A stretch of DNA of 64,000 nt, taken from the NCBI GenBank assembly GCA_034431765.1, contig DAOUDD010000010.1:23403-87402 (forward strand), in the 5' to 3' direction. Within the stretch, counting starts at the first letter, position 1, and the number at the start of each line of letters is the position of its first letter. Below the pieces are notes generated by a model, which had not been told where the DNA came from, searched no databases, and saw nothing but the letters and a program-made list of their open reading frames with translations. The stretch comes from Ktedonobacteraceae bacterium (lineage in GTDB: Bacteria; Chloroflexota; Ktedonobacteria; Ktedonobacterales; Ktedonobacteraceae). The position numbers and the translations under genes are program-made. Of this stretch, positions 28,240 through 37,094 are shown piece by piece.

Positions 28240-28284
28240 TAAATGAAATGAATTGAAACACAATAAAACCACGTGAGAGTTTTG

Positions 28285-29103
28285 ATGAAGCTTAATCCTA
28301 CTCACCTTTCGTTAGAGAAAAGTACCTCATCGGGATCTCCCCTCTTTACGTATGAGCGGCGACAGAAGATCGCACAGATCCTCAGTGAGCAACAGCGTGT
28401 CACTGTACCGGAATTAAGCCGCTTATTTTCCATCTCTGAAGTTACTATTCGTAAAGATCTGGCGTGGCTCGAAGCCCATGCGCTTGCGGTACGCACACAT
28501 GGAGGAGCGATGCAGATGCCAGCGCAGGCAGCAGAGATCGGCTTCGACGTTCGCGAGCGGCTGCAAGAGAGCGAGAAAGAACGTATTGGAGCCTCAGCGG
28601 CAACCTTTGTGCAGGATGGCGAGACGATCGCCCTGGACGCAAGTACGACTGCGCTGGCAATGACCTCATTTCTGCGGGAACGCCGTGAATTGACCGTTGT
28701 TACCAATGGATTACGAGCCAGTATGGACCTCGTCTCTGTTCCGGGTATCTCTGTACTCATTCCGGGAGGGATGTTGCGCAAGGAATCCTTTTCACTGGTT
28801 GGTAGCTGGGGAGCAGCAGTTCTGCAACATATCCACATTAGCAAGGCGTTTGTTGGGGCACGTGGGCTGGGAGTGGACGAGGGCTTGACAGATGTGAATA
28901 GTGAAGAAGTCGAGTTAAAACGCGTCCTTGTCCAATCTGCAAAAGAAGTCATCGCAGTGCTTGATTCGAGTAAATGGGGTCAGGTTGCTCTTGCAACCTT
29001 TTGTCCATTAGAGCGACTCACACGCATCATTACTAATGCTAAAGCGCCCGAACAGATGGTGGAACAGATACGGAGCAGAGGTATAGATGTCTTACTTGTT
29101 TGA
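28285..29103 (+). CDS. DeoR-family transcriptional regulator (RhaR-type)
   Basis: N-terminal HTH (RRQKIAQILSEQQRVTVPELSRLFSISEVTIRKDLAWLE) and a C-terminal DeoR sugar-binding domain. An alternative GTG start lies at 28273. Confidence 0.85.
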   Translation: MKLNPTHLSLEKSTSSGSPLFTYERRQKIAQILSEQQRVTVPELSRLFSISEVTIRKDLAWLEAHALAVRTHGGAMQMPAQAAEIGFDVRERLQESEKERIGASAATFVQDGETIALDASTTALAMTSFLRERRELTVVTNGLRASMDLVSVPGISVLIPGGMLRKESFSLVGSWGAAVLQHIHISKAFVGARGLGVDEGLTDVNSEEVELKRVLVQSAKEVIAVLDSSKWGQVALATFCPLERLTRIITNAKAPEQMVEQIRSRGIDVLLV

Positions 29104-29150
29104 GTAACGTAACACACTTCACCACAGTAGCAACAAGAGAGGAAGTCGTC

Positions 29151-30371
29151 ATGGCAGACTCAGCGTACACGCTCTTCCAACGACAACAAACAGATCGCGG
29201 GATTGATCTTGAGCATGTGAAAACACGTTTGAAGACGTTCAAAGTCGAGACACCTTCATGGGGCTATGGGGATTCAGGGACACGCTTCAAGGTCTTTCAG
29301 CAAGTAGGCATTCCACGTACAGCATTCGAAAAGCTTGAGGATGCGGCACAGGTACATAAGGTTACCGGTATGTGCCCTACCGTCGCATTACATATTCCCT
29401 GGGATAAAGTGGAGGATTATAACGAGCTTCAGCAACATGCATTATCGTTGGGATTACAGCTCGGCGCGATCAATCCAAACCTGTTTCAAGAAGATGATTA
29501 TATTTTTGGTAGCCTCTGCAATTCGCGCCCTGCAATCCGGCGGAAAGCGATTGAGCATGTGCTGGACTGTATTGAGATCGCACGAACACTTTCTTCCTCT
29601 ATTATCAGCCTGTGGCTTGCAGATGGCACCAACTACCCTGGACAGGATAGTATTCGTGGGCGCAAACACAGACTGCTGGAATCCCTTCAGGAAATTTATA
29701 CAGCGCTTGCTCCACAGATGCGTCTGCTGATCGAGTACAAATTTTTTGAGCCGGCTTTCTACCACACGGATCTCGGCGACTGGGGCATGGCGTACACAAC
29801 AGCCTTAAAACTGGGTCCGCAGGCTGAAGTGCTTGTCGATACCGGTCATCACGCACAGGGTACGAATGTCGAGCAGATCGTCGCCTACTTACTGGATGAA
29901 CAGAAATTAGGAGGCTTCCACTTCAATAGTCGCAAATACGGCGATGATGATCTGATCGTCGGTACAATTAATCCTTATGAACTTTTCCTCATTTTCTATC
30001 AGATTTTAGAGGCGGCCTCCGACAAAAATCCGAATGTTCAGCGCAATGCGGCACAGATTGCCTATATGATAGATCAGAGCCATGCCATTGAGCCGAAGAT
30101 CCCCGCAATGATCCGTTCTGTTCTCAACATTCAGACACAATACGCAAAAGCCTTGCTCATCAATCTAAATGAGGTCAGGGAGGCTCAGGAGCGACAGGAT
30201 GTGTTAGGAGCCGAAAATGCGATTCGTAGTGCGTTTGAGTTCGATGTGACGCCGCTGCTCCAGGTTATTCGCGAGGAGATGGGTGTGCCGGTTGGTCCAA
30301 TGCATGCCTACCTTAAAAGTGGCTACGGACAGAAAATTCTTGCGCGTGGCAAAGGTGGTGCAAGTTGGTAA
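29151..30371 (+). CDS. rhaI: L-rhamnose isomerase (RhaI type, xylose-isomerase-like TIM barrel)
   Basis: ETPSWGYGDSGTRF and DTGHH metal-site motifs. ATG 29151 lies behind GAGGAAG; the track TTG 29100 is less likely. Confidence 0.8.
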   Translation: MADSAYTLFQRQQTDRGIDLEHVKTRLKTFKVETPSWGYGDSGTRFKVFQQVGIPRTAFEKLEDAAQVHKVTGMCPTVALHIPWDKVEDYNELQQHALSLGLQLGAINPNLFQEDDYIFGSLCNSRPAIRRKAIEHVLDCIEIARTLSSSIISLWLADGTNYPGQDSIRGRKHRLLESLQEIYTALAPQMRLLIEYKFFEPAFYHTDLGDWGMAYTTALKLGPQAEVLVDTGHHAQGTNVEQIVAYLLDEQKLGGFHFNSRKYGDDDLIVGTINPYELFLIFYQILEAASDKNPNVQRNAAQIAYMIDQSHAIEPKIPAMIRSVLNIQTQYAKALLINLNEVREAQERQDVLGAENAIRSAFEFDVTPLLQVIREEMGVPVGPMHAYLKSGYGQKILARGKGGASW

Positions 30372-30373
30372 GC

Positions 30374-31846
30374 ATGCTGGCCTTCGATCTGGGAGCCAGT
30401 AGTGGACGTGCGGTGGTTGGCACCTTTGACGGCGAACGTCTAAAGAGCGTGGAAACGCATCGCTTCGTGAACGAACCTGTACGTGTGCACGGCCACTTGC
30501 ACTGGGATATTCTGCGTCTGCTTCACGAAATTCAACGCGGATTGATCACAACACGACTCCAGGAGTACAATACGCTTCAAAGTCTTGGCATCGATACCTG
30601 GGCCGTTGACTTTGGCCTGCTCAATGCAGATGGTGAGCTGCTGAGCAATCCTTACCATTATCGAGATTCTCAAACAAGCGGTATTATGGAAGAGGTACAG
30701 CAGATTCTTTCACATGAAGAAATTTTCATGCGTACCGGCATTCAATTCCTTCCATTCAACACAATTTATCAGCTCTACGCCCTCAAAAAAGCGCGCTCTT
30801 CTCTGCTTGACGCCGCGCAATCGCTTTTATTTATTCCCGAACTATTGCGCTACTTCCTCACAGGCGAGCGGGTGAGCGAGTGGACACTCTCCTCAACATC
30901 ACAGCTCTGCAATCCCATCACGCGCACCTGGGATACTGAACTGATGGAGCGATTGGGCTTGCCAACACACCTCTTCACTCCACCAGTTGCACCTGGTTCA
31001 CCTGCTGGTAGTCTACTCCCAGGCGTTTGTGAAGAGACCGGTTATGCGGAGTTACCAGTGATCGCGGTTGCAGAACATGACACAGCATCAGCAGTTGTAG
31101 CCGTGCCAGCAGAGCAAAAGGACTTCGCGTATTTAAGCTGCGGCACCTGGTCGCTGATCGGGACAGAGATTGCGCAGCCAATCGTCAACGAGCAGGCGTT
31201 AAAGCTGAATGTCACCAACGAAGGCGGTATTTTCGGTACGACACGGTTGCTCAAAAACGTTACTGGCCTCTGGCTCATGCAAGAATGTCGCCGTGTGTGG
31301 CACAACGAAGGACGCTCCTTCTCCTATGCGGAGGAGATCCAACACATAGAGCTAGCATCTCCATTCCAATCTCTGGTCAATCCCGATGCCCCTATGTTTC
31401 TCAGTCCTCTTCACATGCCCAGGCAGGTTCAGCAGTATTGTCAACAAACGGGGCAGCATATTCCACAGACAGAGGGGGAGATTTTACGCTGCATCGTCGA
31501 AAGTCTGGCGCTACGTTATCGCTTTGTGCTTGAAGGCATTGAACAGCTCATGCACAAACGTTTTCCTGGCCTGCACATCGTTGGTGGAGGTGCACAAAAT
31601 CGCATTCTCTGTCAGGCAACCGCCAATGCACTCGGACGACCTGTCTGGACAGGACCGTATGAAGCAACCGCTATCGGCAATCTACTCGTTCAACTGCTCG
31701 CTCAGGGTCACATACAGGATCTTCAGCACGCGCGCCGCGTGGTACGAGCATCGTATGATCTGGAAACGTATGAACCTCGCGATAGTGATGCGTGGGAAAG
31801 CGCATACGCGAGGTTCTGTATGATTTTGCAGGAAGGCGCTTCTTAG
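30374..31846 (+). CDS. rhaB: rhamnulokinase (FGGY carbohydrate kinase)
   Basis: MLAFDLGASSGR N-terminal motif and GGGAQN near the C-terminus. ATG lies 2 nt after the rhaI stop. Confidence 0.85.
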   Translation: MLAFDLGASSGRAVVGTFDGERLKSVETHRFVNEPVRVHGHLHWDILRLLHEIQRGLITTRLQEYNTLQSLGIDTWAVDFGLLNADGELLSNPYHYRDSQTSGIMEEVQQILSHEEIFMRTGIQFLPFNTIYQLYALKKARSSLLDAAQSLLFIPELLRYFLTGERVSEWTLSSTSQLCNPITRTWDTELMERLGLPTHLFTPPVAPGSPAGSLLPGVCEETGYAELPVIAVAEHDTASAVVAVPAEQKDFAYLSCGTWSLIGTEIAQPIVNEQALKLNVTNEGGIFGTTRLLKNVTGLWLMQECRRVWHNEGRSFSYAEEIQHIELASPFQSLVNPDAPMFLSPLHMPRQVQQYCQQTGQHIPQTEGEILRCIVESLALRYRFVLEGIEQLMHKRFPGLHIVGGGAQNRILCQATANALGRPVWTGPYEATAIGNLLVQLLAQGHIQDLQHARRVVRASYDLETYEPRDSDAWESAYARFCMILQEGAS

Positions 31847-31854
31847 CAAGCAGT

Positions 31855-32379
31855 TTAAGCTGATAATTCTCTCTCAGCAATCGATGACTTTTCGCTCGCA
31901 GGACGACCTGACAATGAGCTTGATGCATTGGCATTTGCGCCATTATCGACGCCTATTCCCAGCCGGTCAACAAGCTCACCACCTAACCACGCTGTCATAC
32001 CGCCAAGCAGGACGCCCAGTACTGAGCATAAGAAAGAGAATAGCGAAATTTCGCCATGAGGTTGAGCATACAAACGTACTGCCCAGCCAACTGCGAAAGC
32101 GGTGAGCACGAAGAGATTGCCAATCGCGTGATATTGTGCAATTTTGGCCGCTCTTGTACCACGTGGAATCGCCACATAATCGACCAGTCCTGCTGCTCCT
32201 GCCAGAAGACCGCCAATGAGACCGGCACTAATCATCCAGAAAGCAACTTCAGCAAAAAAGACGTTGCCACTGATAAAACGAATCACATCAAAGACAAAAG
32301 ACGTTATGAATAAGCCCAGTGGAAACACGATCAATATCGGATGTAGGGGATGACCAAGAACTTTAAGGCGACTTTCCAT
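31855..32379 (-). CDS. DUF2231-family membrane protein
   Basis: GHPLHPILIVFPLG start motif and four TM helices; 174 aa. Confidence 0.7.
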   Translation of the reverse strand: MESRLKVLGHPLHPILIVFPLGLFITSFVFDVIRFISGNVFFAEVAFWMISAGLIGGLLAGAAGLVDYVAIPRGTRAAKIAQYHAIGNLFVLTAFAVGWAVRLYAQPHGEISLFSFLCSVLGVLLGGMTAWLGGELVDRLGIGVDNGANANASSSLSGRPASEKSSIAERELSA

Positions 32380-32601
32380 TTTTCATTACTCCTTTAAGAG
32401 GACATCGTCTCTTGTGGACATCGGTTCCTATCGAAATCCCTCAGGTAGTTAGCGCTGTTATCACTTGTGATACGCCTGGATGGAATGACGGGTAACATTA
32501 TGTAACTGCTATTACGTCACATTCCAGGGTTTACCACCTTACGTCTACCTTCACCCCCTTCTCAGCTTCGCCAAACAACATCCCATTTAGCACAGAGAGC
32601 A

Positions 32602-32639
32602 TAGAGCAAGCCTATCACGCTAGCAGGGTTTAGAGCAAG
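32602..32639 (+). repeat. tandem pair of (A/T)TAGAGCAAG boxes upstream of the ThuA-like gene
   Basis: TAGAGCAAG at 32602..32610 and 32631..32639, 29 nt apart. Complementary GGCTTGCT follows at about 32654. Confidence 0.5.
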
Positions 32640-32739
32640 GCGCGATCCAACTCTGGCTTGCTTCTGTTGCCGAGTCGTTGTAGGATGAAAACAGAAGAAA
32701 ACAGGAGTGCTATTCATACAGGAAAGGATGCATAGAGGG

Positions 32740-33384
<645 letters not shown>

Positions 33385-33806
33385 CAGAGCGAGGAGAGTG
33401 CACTACGCCCACCCTCTCCGACTGAAATTTTCGCCTGTTTGATAACGGACAAGGCATAACGGATGTATGCCTCCATGTATTGAGGGAAACAAGAACAACC
33501 AGGCTCCTTTTCTATAGAGAAGCACTGGTTGTTCTATCTACTCGGTACTCCAGGTGATAAAAAGTTATTGGCCCACGATGTGACGCCGTTCGACAGAGAG
33601 AACGCCACTTTTACGCCCAAGCTGAATAACCTGGATAATTTTCATCAGTTGATCGGTTGTCGCTTCACGCTGTATCAACGACTCTGCTCCAGAGAGTGGT
33701 TTCCTCGCAGCCAAACTCGGTTCTACTGGATACACTCATGAACTTGCTCAGAACATCTGTTGATAAAAATCCTTATATGAGAAGAGATAGTAAGATAGCT
33801 TTCTTA

Positions 33807-33825
33807 GAGAGTGTAAGGTTTGCGT
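33807..33825. repeat. IS left inverted repeat GAGAGTGTAAGGTTTGCGT
   Basis: Exact reverse complement of 34737..34755. Confidence 0.9.
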
Positions 33826-33828
33826 GGT

Positions 33829-34297
33829 TCACGGAAAAGTAGGAGCCAAGTGGGAGAGCATGCGCCGACTTGCCGAGAGTTTGATGAATGCCTCACTCGT
33901 CTCAGGAAGTCCTTCATGATCGCGAGCCAGACGACGCCATCGGGTAATCCAGGCGAAGCTGCGCTCAACGACCCATCTGCGGGGAAGCACGCGAAAGCTT
34001 CCCTTTGCCCCTTTCTCCTTGGGTTCCTCTGGCTGTGTGTTGACCTGTGGAGCGGTTCCCAGACCCTGCACTCCGTGCATGTCCCACCCCACGTGCTCTT
34101 TCACCCACGCAATGAGCGTGCCCCTGTAATGACTATCTCCCCAGATGAGCTGCATGCGTGGAAACGCATCTGCCAGTGGCTCAAGCAGCGTCTTGGCTCC
34201 TACCAGATCGGAAGCAGAGGCGGCTGTCACTTTCACCTCCATGAGATGGCCCTGCGTATCAACGAGCACGTGCCTTTTGCGACCCCAGATTTTTTTT
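33829..34297 (-). CDS. IS5-family transposase OrfB (DDE domain), expressed by -1 frameshift from OrfA
   Basis: DDE_Tnp_1-like sequence (GRKRHVLVDTQG, IWGDSHY, VERSFAWI..RRLARD). The -1 frame is entered at GGGAAAAAAAATC (A8 = 34290..34297). Confidence 0.85.
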
Positions 34298-34675
34298 CCC
34301 CGCGTCGTAGCCCTTGTCAGGACCGCGAACCGCGCTCGTTTTGATCGATTGGCTGTCAATCACAGCCGCACTCGGCCCTTGCTCTCGGCCTGCGTGGTGC
34401 CGAACCTGTTTGAGCAGGCTTTTTTGAACGTCGTCCCAGATGCCTTCCTTGCGCCACGTACGGAAGTAGTCATAGAGCGTTCCCCAGGCTGGCAAGTCAT
34501 GGGGAACCAACCTCCACGGACAGCCGCTGCGCAACACGTAGAGAATCCCATTGACAATTTCGCGCCGCGTGTACACCACGTTGACCGCCTCTGGCGAGAT
34601 GGCTGGAATCAAGGGTTCCAACAGCTCCCACTCCGCATCTGTCAGATCCGAGGGGTAGGCTTTCCGATCACACAT
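34259..34675 (-). CDS. IS5-family transposase OrfA (DUF4096-like DNA-binding part)
   Basis: ATG 34675 behind GGAGG, inside the IS. Sequence DLTDAEWELLEPLIP..GCPWR..LP. The track start 34777 lies outside the element. Confidence 0.85.
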   Translation of the reverse strand: MCDRKAYPSDLTDAEWELLEPLIPAISPEAVNVVYTRREIVNGILYVLRSGCPWRLVPHDLPAWGTLYDYFRTWRKEGIWDDVQKSLLKQVRHHAGREQGPSAAVIDSQSIKTSAVRGPDKGYDAGKKNLGSQKARAR

Positions 34676-34736
34676 TCCTGCTCCTCCAATGCTTCCGCTT
34701 GTTCTTGTTTCTCTCCTTCCCTTTATCGGCTTGAGG

Positions 34737-34755
34737 ACGCAAACCTTACACTCTC
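34737..34755. repeat. IS right inverted repeat
   Basis: Exact reverse complement of 33807..33825. Confidence 0.9.
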
Positions 34756-35132
34756 TTAGAAGAAGGGAGCGCAGCAATGAAAGAATTTACTCACTTTCGC
34801 CTTATACCCGGCCCATTCAGATTATTTTCCTTGCCCAGATACTATCCCTGACTTCAGTCAGTATGATGAATCATAAATCACACTGAAATACATGGTAATG
34901 CTAACCATCTTACGTCGCAGAGAAAGAAAAGTAAATACTTTTAGGTGGTATGCAACGATATTTCGTCACCTAAAAACATTTCCGACAACGTTCCTCCGTT
35001 GATACTCAAATAATATTCTTTTCCATCTCTTTGCTATATATTCTTTGTTCAATAATATACATTTCTATATACAAATAATGTTCTTTTTGCTAGCTTTATA
35101 CGTTAAGAAAAGAGAAGGATCAGCTATCAGAT

Positions 35133-37082
35133 ATGTGGAGGAGGAAGAAAGTGACCCTAAAGCAGACCCCATTGCCAGTTGCGGGCATTCAACACCGCAA
35201 CAATCTTGTCCCATTAACTGAACAAGAGATACGCTTCGAGATTGATATGTGTATTGGTTGTGATCGCTGTATGCGTGCATGTCCCTTACCGCTTTCAAGC
35301 CAGATGAATATCGCTGAACTCAATCTCGCAACTGTTTCTCATGAGGTTGCCCCACACATTGCTCGCTTCACGCAGGAGTGTGTGATGTGCAGCTCATGTG
35401 TGCCGGTCTGTCCGGTGAATAATCATCGTGACCTGTTAATGTTCTCACTTAAACAACGACTTGGAGTACCCTGGGACGGCAATGTAGATCTAAGCCGGAT
35501 TCTGGGGTATCTGCCTGAGGGTTGGAGTTTACCGCAGTTGCTCAGTCGTTTACGCAAGCAGCCGATGTTCACAGACGAGCACCTCGTGCCGGAGCACTAT
35601 CTCAAACACCTTCTTGCAAGCTCAAGGCTGCGCGCTCTCGCTCCTGGAGCAACTGTTATCCGGGAAGGAACGTATGGACGCGAGATCTATTTTATTCTTG
35701 ATGGGCGCTTCCTTATCTCTTCTCCTGGTCCTAATAGTCAGAGTGTTCCGATCGCCATTCTCTCCTTAGGAGAATGCATGGGTGAGCGTGAAATGCTGAC
35801 GGGTCAACAGCATACAGCGAACATCCAGGCTCAGACAAGAGCGCTGGCCCTGGAAGTGCCCGAACAGGTCATGCAGCGGATGATGGAGATCATACCCAGC
35901 GTGCGTAGCTACTTTGAGAGTCTGAATAATGGCCGTTCCATTGAGTCTATCCTGAAGCGTATGGCGCTGTTCAGAGGAGTTACTGAACCTGATCTACAAT
36001 GGATAGCCAGAAAGATAATGATCAAGATATATGAGCGCGATCAACTGCTCTTCTCCATGAAAGGTGAGAGCAAACCTGAGCGCGAGGTACTCCACATCAT
36101 ACTGGAAGGATTTGTCAAAGTAACGCGTGCAATACTGCATGGAGCAGATGCGAGAAAGGAGTCTGAACGTATTATTGCTTATCGGCAGAACGGCGACTAC
36201 TTTGTTGGAGGCCTGGATATGCTTGGAGATGGGAAGGCAGTTATAGCAACAGCTATTAACAGAGTACGAGTCGCAGAGATCGGGCAACAGGATTTCCTGG
36301 CAATTCTCTCACGTTATCCAGAGTTGCAGCAACGCTTTATACAACATTTTCAGGAATATCAAGAACTTGTCGTTCAAGCATCTGACAAATCCAAAGAGTT
36401 TCTCCCCTCTGGTGAGTCTGGTATTCTGTCGGAGGCAGAGACCCGTGTTGGTCTGCGTGCACTCGTTGGAGGAGGGGTTGTAGAAGGGACAGAAGTACTG
36501 GTAATTGACCTGGACAAATGTGTCCACTGCGATAAATGTGAGGATGCATGTGAACGTCGTCACGGCCATTCAAGAATGAATCGTAAAGGCATGGTTGTAG
36601 GCAACATCAGTATTGCCACTGCCTGTCGTCACTGCCAGGACCCTGTCTGTATGCTCTGTAGCCGTGCAGGGATAGCACGCATGCCAAGTGGTGAAGTATA
36701 TATCACGGATAGTTGTATTGGCTGCGGCATCTGTGCTGAACGTTGTCCGTACGATAATATCTCGATCATTACCTTAACAGAAGAGCAGGAAAGCCGTTCA
36801 GTCTGGGAACGCTTTACACACTTTTTCACAAAAGGAATCGGGAAGGAATACGGAGGCCAGGCGCATCCTCTCGCCTCAAGCAACGGTAGTTCGCTCCCAG
36901 CCTCCGATACATACGATGCAGGTAGCGAGGTACGTAAAAAGCTAGCGATTAAATGCGACCTCTGTGCTGGATATAACAACCAGGCGTGCGTTCAAGCCTG
37001 TCCGACTGGAGCGGCGTTCCGCGTTCACCCCGTACAGTTCTTTGGCACTAGAGAAGAGACGCTTTATCCACGGGCACAATAG
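35133..37082 (+). CDS. multi-[4Fe-4S] protein with two internal cNMP-binding-like domains
   Basis: Six ferredoxin-type Cys clusters: CIGCDRCMRACP, CVMCSSCVPVCP, CVHCDKCEDAC, CRHCQDPVC, CIGCGICAERCP, CDLCAGYNNQACVQACP. They flank two CAP-fold-like segments. An alternative GTG start lies at 35151. Confidence 0.8.
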   Translation: MWRRKKVTLKQTPLPVAGIQHRNNLVPLTEQEIRFEIDMCIGCDRCMRACPLPLSSQMNIAELNLATVSHEVAPHIARFTQECVMCSSCVPVCPVNNHRDLLMFSLKQRLGVPWDGNVDLSRILGYLPEGWSLPQLLSRLRKQPMFTDEHLVPEHYLKHLLASSRLRALAPGATVIREGTYGREIYFILDGRFLISSPGPNSQSVPIAILSLGECMGEREMLTGQQHTANIQAQTRALALEVPEQVMQRMMEIIPSVRSYFESLNNGRSIESILKRMALFRGVTEPDLQWIARKIMIKIYERDQLLFSMKGESKPEREVLHIILEGFVKVTRAILHGADARKESERIIAYRQNGDYFVGGLDMLGDGKAVIATAINRVRVAEIGQQDFLAILSRYPELQQRFIQHFQEYQELVVQASDKSKEFLPSGESGILSEAETRVGLRALVGGGVVEGTEVLVIDLDKCVHCDKCEDACERRHGHSRMNRKGMVVGNISIATACRHCQDPVCMLCSRAGIARMPSGEVYITDSCIGCGICAERCPYDNISIITLTEEQESRSVWERFTHFFTKGIGKEYGGQAHPLASSNGSSLPASDTYDAGSEVRKKLAIKCDLCAGYNNQACVQACPTGAAFRVHPVQFFGTREETLYPRAQ

Positions 37083-37094
37083 GAGCAAGTTATC

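Larger units (their letters stand above)
33807..34755 (-). mobile_element. IS5-family insertion sequence (IS427/IS1031-like), 949 bp, apparently intact
   Basis: Perfect 19-bp terminal inverted repeats and a TTA target-site duplication (33804..33806 and 34756..34758). Two overlapping transposase ORFs with an A8 slippery run. Confidence 0.92.

Noticed and set aside
28302-28952. 216-aa minus-strand ORF
   Set aside because: Antisense to the DeoR regulator; Arg/Ser/Pro-rich shadow frame.
33565-33645. Short minus-strand ORF MKIIQVIQLGRKSGVLSVERRHIVGQ resembling the start of a DUF4388 domain
   Set aside because: It has only 26 codons, no SD and an immediate stop. At best it is a decayed fragment, so it is mentioned under the IS finding and not annotated.
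33820-34759. Two plus-strand ORFs (174 and 204 aa) inside the IS element
   Set aside because: Both are antisense to the clearly recognisable IS5-family transposase frames and have no motifs.
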